The notes under the pieces were generated by a model that ran no database searches, had not been told where the DNA came from, and saw only the letters and a list, made by a program, of their open reading frames with translations. Positions 36,205 through 45,613 of a stretch of DNA of 64,000 bases are shown one piece after another. A program made the position numbers and the translations under genes. Source of the stretch: Thermodesulfobacteriota bacterium (GTDB taxonomy: Bacteria > Desulfobacterota_D > UBA1144 > Nemesobacterales > Mycalebacteriaceae); the NCBI GenBank assembly GCA_965226585.1, contig OZ245366.1, forward strand, positions 288,001 through 352,000, read 5' to 3'. The stretch's first letter is position 1. Each line of letters begins with the position of its first letter.

Positions 36205-37347
36205 ATGTCTTTTAACTTTGAGTTCAGCGAAGAGCAGAAACTTTTTCAGGAAACCTTGTCGGATTTCTGCACAAACGAAATAGAGCCGCTTGTTGAAGAG
36301 CACGAAAAAGAGGAAAAGTTTCCCAAACACATATTTACTATGCTCGGACAGATGGGCTTTCTGGGGATTATGTATCCCGAAGAGTACGGCGGGGTTGGCA
36401 TGGACAAGGTTACGGACTGCATCTTTTCCGAGGAGATGGGAAAAGTTTGGTCTGCGGCGGCAATGGCGGTGAACGCCCACATCGGGCTTGCCTGTTTTCC
36501 AATTTACAAGTTTGGAACCGAGGAGCAGAAACAGAAATATCTTGTTCCCAGCATCAAGGGCGAGGTTATCGGCTCTCTGGGGCTGACTGAGCCGGGAGCC
36601 GGATCAGACGCGAGAAGCATCAGGAGTCAAGCCGTTAAAGACGGGAACAAATACATACTCAACGGCACAAAAACATGGATAACAAACGGAAGCATGGCGG
36701 ATTTTTCCATTGTCGCCGCTTATACGGACAAAACGAAAAAAGGCGAGGGAATAAGCATCTTTATTGTGGAAAAGGATTTTCCGGGCTTCAGCGTGAGCAG
36801 TAAGATACACAAACTGGGGCACCGCGCGGCGGACACTTCAGAGTTAATTTTTGAAAACTGCGAGGTTCCCGCGGAAAACCTTCTCGTTGGAGAAGGCGGT
36901 TTCGCGGGAGCGATGGACACTCTTCTCGGCGCGCGCATAACGCACGCCGCAAAGTCCGTGGGTCTTGCGCAGGCGTCTTTTGAGTATGCCCTTCAGTACT
37001 CAAAAGAAAGAGAGACTTTCGGCAAGCCCATATCAAAGCATCAGGAGATAAGTTCCAAACTCGCCACAATGGCGGTCAAGATAGAAACCGCGCGGCTTAT
37101 GGTTTACAAAGCCGCATGGCTTTACAGCAATGAAAAGCCCGCGCTTAAAGAGGCGTCAATGGCGAAACTTTACGCGGCGGAAGTTGTCCAGTGGGTTGCC
37201 ACGGAGGCGATTCAGGTTCTCGGCGGATACGGCTACAGCGTGGAATACAAAGCCGAACGCTTTTTCCGAGACGCCCGCCTCTCATCCATTACCGAGGGAA
37301 CTTCCGAGATTCAGCGCCTTGTAATAGCGCGTGAAATTGGCTGCTGA
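36205..37347 (+). CDS. Acyl-CoA dehydrogenase
   Basis: LTEPGAGSD, NGTKTWITNG, KLG.RA.DT, RETFGKPI, GGYGY, EGTSEIQR. Confidence 0.95.
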   Translation: MSFNFEFSEEQKLFQETLSDFCTNEIEPLVEEHEKEEKFPKHIFTMLGQMGFLGIMYPEEYGGVGMDKVTDCIFSEEMGKVWSAAAMAVNAHIGLACFPIYKFGTEEQKQKYLVPSIKGEVIGSLGLTEPGAGSDARSIRSQAVKDGNKYILNGTKTWITNGSMADFSIVAAYTDKTKKGEGISIFIVEKDFPGFSVSSKIHKLGHRAADTSELIFENCEVPAENLLVGEGGFAGAMDTLLGARITHAAKSVGLAQASFEYALQYSKERETFGKPISKHQEISSKLATMAVKIETARLMVYKAAWLYSNEKPALKEASMAKLYAAEVVQWVATEAIQVLGGYGYSVEYKAERFFRDARLSSITEGTSEIQRLVIAREIGC

Positions 37348-37446
37348 CCGTCCGCCGCGCCGCGCTTCGCTCCCAAAAAAGGGTTGACTTAAACCCGCCT
37401 CCTCTGTTAAAAGGTTCTATAACTTACTTTAAGGAGGTAAGGAGAA

Positions 37447-37980
37447 ATGGTAGTCGAACAACTGTTAGGTTACGTCCTTCTGTTGGTGGGATTTGTATTC
37501 TTCACAAACGGAATGACCCTGCTCGGAAAGACAGGTGGAAAAGAAGTCGGAGTACTGAATCTCGGTGTTGCGCTTCTTATAGTTAAAGCGGCGTGGATGC
37601 TTCACGAACAAGGTGTGACATCGGCCGCGGCTCTGGTATCGGTATTCGCGCTGATATACCTTCTGGTATATGCGGTTTTTGTGCACGGGCACGATGCCAA
37701 GGGTCTTGGATGGTTTTGTCTGTTCGCGACAATAACGTTCGTGTGGTACGCCCTTAAGGTGTTCCCTGCGGGCATGAGTCCGGAAGGCGTTGGCATGTTC
37801 GGAGTATTCTGTCTGGCATGGGCTCTGCTTACTCTGCTTTGCTTCTTCGCTTTCGCACAGGGCAAAAATCTCGGCACATCAATAGGGTATCTCTTCATCA
37901 TTGAAGCATTTCTGACCCTGCTGATTCCGGGAATGATGCTCCTTTCCGGCACATGGAAGCCTCTCTCGGGCGGCGCATAA
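37447..37980 (+). CDS. AmiS/UreI-family amide/urea channel
   Basis: LLLVGFVFFTNG, KEVGVLN, D.KGLGWFCLF, W..L; about six TM segments; AAGGAGGT RBS. Confidence 0.78.
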   Translation: MVVEQLLGYVLLLVGFVFFTNGMTLLGKTGGKEVGVLNLGVALLIVKAAWMLHEQGVTSAAALVSVFALIYLLVYAVFVHGHDAKGLGWFCLFATITFVWYALKVFPAGMSPEGVGMFGVFCLAWALLTLLCFFAFAQGKNLGTSIGYLFIIEAFLTLLIPGMMLLSGTWKPLSGGA

Positions 37981-38032
37981 TACTGCCGGTTTGAAGACAG
38001 CAGAATTTTCCGATAGAAAAGGAAATAATATG

Positions 38033-38074
38033 AAAAAAGAGGCGGGCCCGCTTGCGGGTCTTCCTCTTTTTTTT
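38033..38074 (+). terminator. Rho-independent terminator
   Basis: aaaaaagaggcgggcccgc-tt-gcgggtcttcctc followed by a T-run. Confidence 0.75.
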
Positions 38075-38126
38075 ATTATGCGGCGGAACAATCAGGCGGC
38101 GCGTGTGGTATAGTTCCACTTGAGCG

Positions 38127-38744
38127 ATGGCAATAAAAGTAAAAGTTGTCCGGCAGCCCGAGCTCAGTTTTTTTGAGCGTCTGCATTTCCCACAAATCCT
38201 CACGGGTCTGTTCATAACGTTTAAGAATCTTTTCCGTTCAAAAATCACCGTCAGCTATCCCGATGAAGTAAAAGAACTGCCTCCGAACTACCGGGGTCTT
38301 CACGAGATGCCCGCCGATGATGACGGCAAAATAAGGTGCGTTGCCTGCAAACTGTGCGAGGTTGCGTGCCCCACTCAGGCGATTTCAATAGTCAGCGAAC
38401 CGGCTGATGATTACGGCGTTGAGAGAACGCCGTCTGTTTACAACATAGATTTTATGCGCTGTGTCTTCTGCGGCTTCTGCGTTGAGGCGTGTCCCTGCGA
38501 CGCGCTCAGAATGGGAATGGAATACGAACTCTCATCTTACAACAGGGCGGGTCTTGTTCACACAAAAGAGGTGTTTTTCAAACCCAACCTCAAAAGCGAC
38601 GCGCCGAGAGATAATGCCAATTTTCTCTACCAGTGCATGAAAGGCGACACTCTGGACACTCCGGGCGAAGTGGAAAAGGTTAAACGCCTTGACGGCTCCT
38701 ACTTGCCGGCTTCCGGCGGAGACAGTTCTTCCGTTTCCCGGTAG
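38127..38744 (+). CDS. nuoI: NADH-quinone oxidoreductase subunit I
   Basis: T..YP.E, RG.H, CVACKLCEVACP, CVFCGFCVEACP. Confidence 0.92.
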   Translation: MAIKVKVVRQPELSFFERLHFPQILTGLFITFKNLFRSKITVSYPDEVKELPPNYRGLHEMPADDDGKIRCVACKLCEVACPTQAISIVSEPADDYGVERTPSVYNIDFMRCVFCGFCVEACPCDALRMGMEYELSSYNRAGLVHTKEVFFKPNLKSDAPRDNANFLYQCMKGDTLDTPGEVEKVKRLDGSYLPASGGDSSSVSR

Positions 38745-40525
38745 TCTTTCCTGTTTCTGAGGTTCAAGAGTCCCGACAGAAAGGACTTGAGTTGAGTTCT
38801 TTCCACCGCAGTGTGTATTCCCCCGTGCCTGAGGTAGAAATCCGGCGTCATTGTTTTCGGGTCTATACCTCTTCCCCCGCTTGTCAGCTTCACAACCCTG
38901 TCCCCGGCAAAGGCGATTATGGACTTTTTCTCCGCTATGATGAAGTCTCCCTGAACGGCGTAACTGGCAAGGGCTCCGCCCGTTGTCGGGTGGGCGAGAA
39001 CCGATATATATGAAAGCCCGGATTCCTTCAGTTTAAGAATGGCGGAGATGGTTTTTGCCATCTGATACAGCGCGACCGTTCCCTCCTGCATCCTCGCTCC
39101 GCCGCTTGCGGTAACCGAAACGAGATCCAGATTATTCTCTATGCAGTAGTCAACGATAATCCTCATCTTTTCACCGAAAATTGCGCTCATGGAGCCGCCC
39201 ATAAAGCGGAAGTCGCACATCGCAACCCCGACGGGACGGCCGAAAATAGAGCCGTATCCCACAACAAGGGAGTCCTTTGAGTTGGTTTTTTGCGCCATTT
39301 TTTTTCTCGTCTGCGAGTAGTCCGCTATGTTGAATTCGGACGATATGCTCTCAATGGACAGTTCCGGGCTTATTTCGCTGAAGGTTTCTTTGTCAAAAAG
39401 GAACTCAATGTAGTCGTCAGAACCCAGAGTTTCGGGCTTGTTGCAGTAAGGGCATGAGAACAGGTTGTTTTCAACCTCCTCTCTTTTGTAGCGGTTGTGG
39501 CATCCCTCGCGCACTATTTTCCCCTCCGAGTCCTTCTCATCGTTGCAGAAAAAAGGTTCCGCTCCGTAAATGGCAATCTGAATTTGAGACACTTCCGGGG
39601 TTTTCGGGGTGGAAAGCCTGGACGGCAGAAGTGATTTAATCTTCCGCGATATGACATTATAAATATGAGACTTTTCCGGCACACGGCCGCACATGTTTAT
39701 TTTGTTCCTGAGGTTTGCTTTCAGTTCCTCAACATCGCTTTTTTCAAGTTCTTCAATCGCCGCCGCTATCCGCTCGCCCATCCTTTTCGCCGTTTCGCGC
39801 GGGTAGTTTTTGCCGCCTATTTCCGGCTCCGCGATTATGTCGTCAATAATGTTGTATTTCAGCATATGCTCAGCAGTCGGCTGGAGCACTTCAAGCGACT
39901 CCGCCACTTTGTCAGGGCTTCTGAACAGTATCGCCGAGCACCCTTCGGGTGTGATAACTGAAAACTCCGCCCTTGAAAGCATAAGTCTGCAGTGGGCAAG
40001 TTGAAGGGCGATGGCGCCGCCGCTTCCGCCAAGCCCGATAATGGTTGAGACCGACCTTGTCGCGAGAGACAGCATTTTCGCCTGACAGTCCGATATGAGC
40101 CACGACTGCAGTTTTTCCGCCGAATACTCGTAAGGGTCTCCCCCGACCGTGTCTATAAAAGTGTTGAGAATAATTCCCTGCTTCTCCGCGTATTCCATCA
40201 TATTGATGGAGATGGCGTAACCGTCCGCCTTTACCATTCCGAAGTTCATTTCCAGCCGCTCTTCTTCGTTTGAGGGAGTCTGCTGGGCGATAACAGCAAC
40301 CTTCTTGCCGTTTTTCTTCAGGGTTCCCACTCCGGCTATAATCGCCGGGTCGTCCGCTATCTCAATCTTCCGCCCGTTTGGAGCCTTGATGTGGGTTGAA
40401 AAACCCTCAAGCTCGTTCCACGGTGTAAAGTCCGAATAGATAAGGTCTACAATCTTGCGCGCCTTAATCCTGTCGGGAGATTTGGCTTCCTCGTGCGCCT
40501 CAACTGCTTTGGATACTTTTGACAT
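38699..40525 (-). CDS. Fused acyl-CoA carboxylase carboxyltransferase, alpha then beta
   Basis: N-half AccA-like (DDPAII.G, TFIDT.G, GGSGGA, SVITPEGC.AIL); C-half AccD-like (Cys ribbon, DFRFMGGSM, SGGARMQEG, PTTGG, FAG.RV). Confidence 0.88.
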   Translation of the reverse strand: MSKVSKAVEAHEEAKSPDRIKARKIVDLIYSDFTPWNELEGFSTHIKAPNGRKIEIADDPAIIAGVGTLKKNGKKVAVIAQQTPSNEEERLEMNFGMVKADGYAISINMMEYAEKQGIILNTFIDTVGGDPYEYSAEKLQSWLISDCQAKMLSLATRSVSTIIGLGGSGGAIALQLAHCRLMLSRAEFSVITPEGCSAILFRSPDKVAESLEVLQPTAEHMLKYNIIDDIIAEPEIGGKNYPRETAKRMGERIAAAIEELEKSDVEELKANLRNKINMCGRVPEKSHIYNVISRKIKSLLPSRLSTPKTPEVSQIQIAIYGAEPFFCNDEKDSEGKIVREGCHNRYKREEVENNLFSCPYCNKPETLGSDDYIEFLFDKETFSEISPELSIESISSEFNIADYSQTRKKMAQKTNSKDSLVVGYGSIFGRPVGVAMCDFRFMGGSMSAIFGEKMRIIVDYCIENNLDLVSVTASGGARMQEGTVALYQMAKTISAILKLKESGLSYISVLAHPTTGGALASYAVQGDFIIAEKKSIIAFAGDRVVKLTSGGRGIDPKTMTPDFYLRHGGIHTAVERTQLKSFLSGLLNLRNRKDYRETEELSPPEAGK

Positions 40526-40585
40526 ATCGGTTTCCGCCCTTCTCTCCTGCTCCGGAGGGGGAGAGACCGGAACTTTTAAGGTGTT

Positions 40586-40915
40586 TTAGACGTTGAAGGA
40601 CTGTCCGCAACCGCATGAACCCTTGGAGTTCGGATTGCTGATAGAAAATCCCGTTCCGTTCAGTCCGCCCTGATAGTCAAGGCTTGCCCCTTCGAGATGC
40701 TGAAAGCTTATGCCGTCAATAACGACCTTCACGCCTTCCTCCTCGAAAACCCGGTCTGATTTTTCAAGTTCGTCATCAAAGCCCATTTCATAGGAGAATC
40801 CCGAACAGCCGCCCGGCACAACGCGCACCCTCAGGAAACCGTTTTCCACATTTTCTCCGGAAATCAGTTTTCTGATTTCTTCCGCCGCCTGTTTTGTTAC
40901 CCCGAACATAGCCAT
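40586..40915 (-). CDS. A-type Fe-S carrier (IscA/ErpA/HesB family)
   Basis: GGCSGFSY and NPN...SCGCGQSF. Confidence 0.93.
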   Translation of the reverse strand: MAMFGVTKQAAEEIRKLISGENVENGFLRVRVVPGGCSGFSYEMGFDDELEKSDRVFEEEGVKVVIDGISFQHLEGASLDYQGGLNGTGFSISNPNSKGSCGCGQSFNV

Positions 40916-41013
40916 CAAACCTCCATCCGAATTGAACGGACAACACAATTATATAACAGCGCGGCTCTCAAAACAACCGCCGAAAACTTCTCCCGTTCGG
41001 TATATTTGTTCAA

Positions 41014-42153
41014 ATGAAAAAAGGAAACAGGAAAGAAAAGGCGGTTTTGATAATAGATTCAACTGAAGGCAATCCCGACCTTTTCCACTCTACCGGTGGT
41101 TTTTCAGTTCCCGACCCGGTTGTTTTTCTGAGGCACGGAGGCGAGTCCGTTCTTGTTCTGAGCGACCTTGAGCTTTCGCGCGGAAGGGAAAAAGCCGCCG
41201 TTTCCACTATTCTTCCTCTCTCACGCTACGCCCCGCGCCGCCGCGGGGGAGCGGGGCTTGCCGGTGTCGCCCTTGCGCTTCTGCGCGAAAGGAAGATAAA
41301 AAGCGTTGAGGTGCAGAGGAGTTTCCCGCTTGCTTTCGCGGACTTTTTAAGGGACAAGGGCGTCCGGGTTTCCTGCTCGAAAAACGCCGTTCTGTTCAGC
41401 GAAAGAACGGTAAAAACTCCGCGCGAAGTCGCTCTCATACGCAAGTCTCTCAAAGACACGGCGGCGGCAATGAAAACCGCCACAGCCCTTGTGTTCAGGG
41501 CAAAACCGGGCAAAAACGGAGTTCTGTTTTCTGGCGGAAAACTGCTTACTTCAGAGCGGATAAAAGGCGCGATAAACTCTCAACTTGCGGGCGCGGGATA
41601 TTCCGTTTCCGGAACCATAGCCGCCTGCGGAGAGCATTCTGCGATGCCCCACCATTCGGGCGAAGGTCCCGTTTTTGCAAACCTCCCGGTCGTTATTGAC
41701 ATCTTTCCCCGCTCTGCGGACGGATATTTCGGCGACATGACAAGGACTGTTGTAAACGGCGCTCCGTCTCCCGCGCTTTCCGCCATGTACAAAGCCGTTC
41801 TCAAAGCGCAGAAGCTGGCAATCAGCATGATAAAGCACGGCGTTAAAACCGCGCAAGTTCACGGCGCGGTCAGGGATTTGTTTGATTCCGAAGGGTTTCC
41901 GACTTCCGGGGGTGAGAAACCCGGCGGTTTCATACATTCCACCGGACACGGGCTTGGCGTGGGGCTTCACGAGCCGCCGTCCGTGGGTCCGGGGACAGAT
42001 GTTCTTCAAAAGGGCAATGTTGTTACCGTTGAGCCGGGGCTTTACTACGAAGGCGTGGGGGGAATACGCATAGAAGATGTTGTTCTTGTGACGGCGGGCG
42101 GATGCGAAAATCTCACGAGATGCCCGAAGGTGTTTTCCCGCCCGCACGGCTGA
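41014..42153 (+). CDS. Xaa-Pro aminopeptidase (M24 family)
   Basis: PHH, IDIFPR, GDMTRT, HSTGHGLG..HE.P, TVEPGLY, GIRIED. Confidence 0.92.
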   Translation: MKKGNRKEKAVLIIDSTEGNPDLFHSTGGFSVPDPVVFLRHGGESVLVLSDLELSRGREKAAVSTILPLSRYAPRRRGGAGLAGVALALLRERKIKSVEVQRSFPLAFADFLRDKGVRVSCSKNAVLFSERTVKTPREVALIRKSLKDTAAAMKTATALVFRAKPGKNGVLFSGGKLLTSERIKGAINSQLAGAGYSVSGTIAACGEHSAMPHHSGEGPVFANLPVVIDIFPRSADGYFGDMTRTVVNGAPSPALSAMYKAVLKAQKLAISMIKHGVKTAQVHGAVRDLFDSEGFPTSGGEKPGGFIHSTGHGLGVGLHEPPSVGPGTDVLQKGNVVTVEPGLYYEGVGGIRIEDVVLVTAGGCENLTRCPKVFSRPHG

Positions 42154-42154
42154 G

Positions 42155-43369
42155 TCAGTCCGCTTTTGTAAGCGCGCCCGCGAGTTTCCATCCATGCTCA
42201 AAAACCGTTCCCGCCCCGGCGGCGCACTTTTCAGAATAGACCGCCCCGCCCCGCCCCGCATTTTTGCGGGAATCGTATATGGCAAACGGCACGAGGTCTC
42301 TGGAATGTGTCTTCAAAGACAGAGGCGTGGGGTGATCTGAGGTTACAAGGGCGCGAAAATTGCCGAACCTTTTCATTCCCTCAAGCGCCGGTCCCGCAAC
42401 CCGGGAGTCAAAATCCTCAATCGCCCGCAGTTTCAAATCCGTTTCGCCCGTGTGTCCCGTCTCATCGGTTGACTCTATGTGTATCATCACAAGGTCGTTT
42501 TTCTCAAGCGCCTTCAGCGCGTATTCAACCTTTCCCTCATAGTTCGTGTCCAGATACCCGGTCGCGCCCGGCACGTTTATAACCTCCATGGCGGCGCAGT
42601 TTCCGATTCCCTTCACAAGGTCAACCGCGGAGATGACGGCTCCCTTCACGCCGTAAACTTCCTCAAAAGGTGGCAGAGACGGCGCGGTTCCCTCTCCCCA
42701 CAGCCAGATGTCTGTCACGGGGTTTTCGCCGTTCTTTATCCTCTCCCTGTTGACGGGGTGGTCTGCGAGCACTTCGCGCGCCTTTTCCATGAGTTCGTTG
42801 AAGAGGGCGGAGTTTTCGCCGCGCGGCACAAACCCGGAAACCTCCCTGCCCGTGATGTCGTGCGGCGGTGTGGAGGTTATCCCGCTCTCAGCGTTGTTTA
42901 TCACAATCAGATGCCTGTAACTCACTCCCGGAAAAAACTTCAGGTTTTTTGTCTCAAGTTTTGCGGCAAGCGTTTTGACTATCTCGTGTGCCTGCGGTGT
43001 CGGGATGTGCCCCGCGCTGTAATCTTCCATAAAGGTTCCGTCTTCGCCCCGCCTGAGGGTTACGAGGTTGCATCTGCAAGTAAGGTCTGTTTTTTTCAGA
43101 GCAATGCCCATCCCCGCCGCTTCAAGCGGAGACCTGCCCGTGTAATAGACCATAGGGTCGTAGCCCAGAACGCTCAGGTTGCCCACGTCGCTTCCGGGCG
43201 GAAGAGAGTCCGGAATCGGTTTTGCCATGCCGAACTCAACCGCTTCTTTTGCCAAGGCGTCAAGGGCGGGAGTTGCCACCGCTTCAAGAGGGGTTTTGCC
43301 GCCAAGTTCGTCAAGGGGTCTGTCCGGCATTCCGTCTCCCTGAAGAATCAGATATTTCAAAGAAGTCAC
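42155..43369 (-). CDS. apgM: Cofactor-independent phosphoglycerate mutase (ApgM type)
   Basis: GDGM.D, GKTPLE, PGSD, YTGR.PLEA, D..GH, DHPTP. Confidence 0.92.
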   Translation of the reverse strand: MTSLKYLILQGDGMPDRPLDELGGKTPLEAVATPALDALAKEAVEFGMAKPIPDSLPPGSDVGNLSVLGYDPMVYYTGRSPLEAAGMGIALKKTDLTCRCNLVTLRRGEDGTFMEDYSAGHIPTPQAHEIVKTLAAKLETKNLKFFPGVSYRHLIVINNAESGITSTPPHDITGREVSGFVPRGENSALFNELMEKAREVLADHPVNRERIKNGENPVTDIWLWGEGTAPSLPPFEEVYGVKGAVISAVDLVKGIGNCAAMEVINVPGATGYLDTNYEGKVEYALKALEKNDLVMIHIESTDETGHTGETDLKLRAIEDFDSRVAGPALEGMKRFGNFRALVTSDHPTPLSLKTHSRDLVPFAIYDSRKNAGRGGAVYSEKCAAGAGTVFEHGWKLAGALTKAD

Positions 43370-44344
43370 CTAAACGCGAAGTTCCCGCTCCGGAGCGTCC
43401 TGTTTGGAGTCCAGTTTCAGAACCTGTTTTTCGGCGTGATAGGAGCTGCGAACAAGGGGTCCCGACTCAACGTGCGGAATTCCCACTATCTTTTCGCCGT
43501 AATCTTTTAGTGATTCAAACTCAACCGGGTGGTAGAAGCGCGAAACGGGAATGTGGTCATGCGAGGGTTGCAGATATTGCCCTATGGTAACTATGTCGCA
43601 TCCCGCTCGGTGAAGGTCTTTCAGCGTACCGGTAACCTCTTCAAACGTCTCTCCCAGCCCCACCATTATTCCGGACTTTGTAAGCATTGCGCTTCCGCCT
43701 TGCTCAGCCGCTGTTTCAAGCAGTTTGAGCGAACGCCCGTAAACCGCCTGCGGGCGAACGGCGCGGAGTTTTCCGGACTGCGTTTTCTGCTGAAGGCCGT
43801 ACAGACGCGGCACGGTTTCGATGTTGTGATTGAGAACATCAGGTTTCTGCCCGAGAACCATCAGTAGGGCTTCGCGGCTGCCCTTGAAGTCCGGAATCAG
43901 GCACTCTATTTTCACTTCCGGGGCGGCGTTTCTTATCTCCTTCACCGTCATCGCGAAGATTTCCGCGCTCTCAAGGTTTCTATCGTCTCTGTTGACGGAG
44001 GTTACAACTATGTGGGAGATGAGCGAGTTGTGGGCGGTCAGGTTTTTCACGGCATCCGCGATTTTTGCCGGTTCGTTCCAGTCGAGTTCACCGCCGCTGC
44101 CGGTTTTCACGTGGCAGAAACCGCAACTCCTTGTGCAGGTATCGCCCATTATCATGAAGGTGAGAGTTCCCGCGCCCCAGCATTCGCCTATGTTCGGACA
44201 GCGGGCTTCCTCGCAAACGGTGTGAAGACCCAGCCCCCGCACAAGCCCTTTAAGGCGGTTGTAGTTTTCACCTGAAGGTATGGAGGCTTTTATCCACGAA
44301 GGCTTTGAAGATTTGGAGATTTTTGACGCTTTCATGGCGCTCAT
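43370..44344 (-). CDS. lipA: Lipoyl synthase
   Basis: CEEARCPNIGEC, CTRSCGFC, HNIETV, GQYLQP, PLVRSSYHA. Confidence 0.97.
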   Translation of the reverse strand: MSAMKASKISKSSKPSWIKASIPSGENYNRLKGLVRGLGLHTVCEEARCPNIGECWGAGTLTFMIMGDTCTRSCGFCHVKTGSGGELDWNEPAKIADAVKNLTAHNSLISHIVVTSVNRDDRNLESAEIFAMTVKEIRNAAPEVKIECLIPDFKGSREALLMVLGQKPDVLNHNIETVPRLYGLQQKTQSGKLRAVRPQAVYGRSLKLLETAAEQGGSAMLTKSGIMVGLGETFEEVTGTLKDLHRAGCDIVTIGQYLQPSHDHIPVSRFYHPVEFESLKDYGEKIVGIPHVESGPLVRSSYHAEKQVLKLDSKQDAPERELRV

Positions 44345-44356
44345 CTTTAGAGTTGT

Positions 44357-44662
44357 CTATTCGTCTTCCGTGTTGTTTTTTCCGCCGCGCCCCGCTTCCC
44401 TTTCAAGTTTTCTTATCTTTCTGTTCTTGCCCGCCAACTCTATCCAGTTGAGAGACGAGTAAATCAGGGTGAACGCCATTCCCAGCAGAAAAGCCACCCC
44501 GAGCGCCGCGCCTCCGGTTGTGTATACATCGCCTATTTCATAAAAGGGAACCTTCAGGAAACTGACGACAAGTTCCGTTTTCATCCACTCTGTATTGCCA
44601 AAATAGACAATCGCTCCCGCAATAACAAATATGAGTGTCGCAAGCAGTTTTACGTATTTCAT
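44357..44662 (-). CDS. LapA-like small membrane protein
   Basis: Two TM segments plus a basic coiled tail; located after rpsA-sppA where lapA commonly lies. Confidence 0.55.
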   Translation of the reverse strand: MKYVKLLATLIFVIAGAIVYFGNTEWMKTELVVSFLKVPFYEIGDVYTTGGAALGVAFLLGMAFTLIYSSLNWIELAGKNRKIRKLEREAGRGGKNNTEDE

Positions 44663-44716
44663 AATCTCTCCTTCCGCTCCGGGTCTTCAACTAACATACA
44701 GGAATTTGACACTTAA

Positions 44717-45613
44717 TTAAAAGATTTTCCCACCGCCAAATTTCTCAGACAGATAGTAGATCCCAGAACCGCGCAACACGGATGACGGAAAATGCCTGTC
44801 AATCAAGCCGCCGGCACGCCCCGACAGCAAAAATTCGGTCAAACTGAACTTCCGTTCGGGAAACGTTACCACAGGCGAATTTGCCGGTATTTCCGCCATT
44901 TGCGCGGCGGCTTCAATCGCATTCAAAAGCGTTCCCGTCTCATCAACAAGCCCGGACTCTTTCGCCTGCAGTCCGAGAAGCAGTCTTCCGTCTGAAATGT
45001 TTTTAAGGGTGTCAGGGTCTATTTTTCTGCTCTGCGAAACCGCTTCCTGAAACTGCCCGAGAGCGTCGTCCATAACTTTCTGAAGATATTCGCGCTCGCT
45101 CCCGGTGAGAGCGCGCAGAGGTGTTCCGGTGTCTTTAAGGTCGCCCGTTTTTATAACTTCAAAATCAACCTTTGCCCAGTTCAGAAGTTCTTTGTAGTTT
45201 GCGAAAGTTGCTATAACTCCGATGCTTCCGGTAAGGGTTCCGGGGTTTGCGAATATGGTTTGCGCCCCGCACGCGATGTAGTATCCTCCCGAAGCGGCAA
45301 CATTTCCCATGCTTGCGACCACGGGCATTTTTTCGCTCAGACGCTTTACGAGGGAATATATTTCCTGAGACGCGGCAACGCTTCCGCCGGGAGAGTCAAT
45401 CCGCACAACAAGCGCCTTGAAAGAGCCGTTTCTCTCTATTTCGCGCACGGCTTCGGTGTAGCCCCCGGACGACAGGACAATGCCCTCAATGTTCAGAATG
45501 GCAATTTTGCCCCGCCTGTCTTCAGCAAAAACTGAAATCAGTCCCAGCAGAATAATCGCCGCGACTATGTAGCGGAACCTCAGAAGTGAGAAAAATCTAC
45601 TTATCGTTTTCAT
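44717..45613 (-). CDS. sppA: Signal peptide peptidase SppA (36K type)
   Basis: RIDSPGG, AASGGYY, TGSIGV, GLVD. Confidence 0.93.
   Translation of the reverse strand: MKTISRFFSLLRFRYIVAAIILLGLISVFAEDRRGKIAILNIEGIVLSSGGYTEAVREIERNGSFKALVVRIDSPGGSVAASQEIYSLVKRLSEKMPVVASMGNVAASGGYYIACGAQTIFANPGTLTGSIGVIATFANYKELLNWAKVDFEVIKTGDLKDTGTPLRALTGSEREYLQKVMDDALGQFQEAVSQSRKIDPDTLKNISDGRLLLGLQAKESGLVDETGTLLNAIEAAAQMAEIPANSPVVTFPERKFSLTEFLLSGRAGGLIDRHFPSSVLRGSGIYYLSEKFGGGKIF

Noticed and set aside
42479..43510. 343-aa + strand ORF
   Set aside because: Antisense shadow of apgM and lipA
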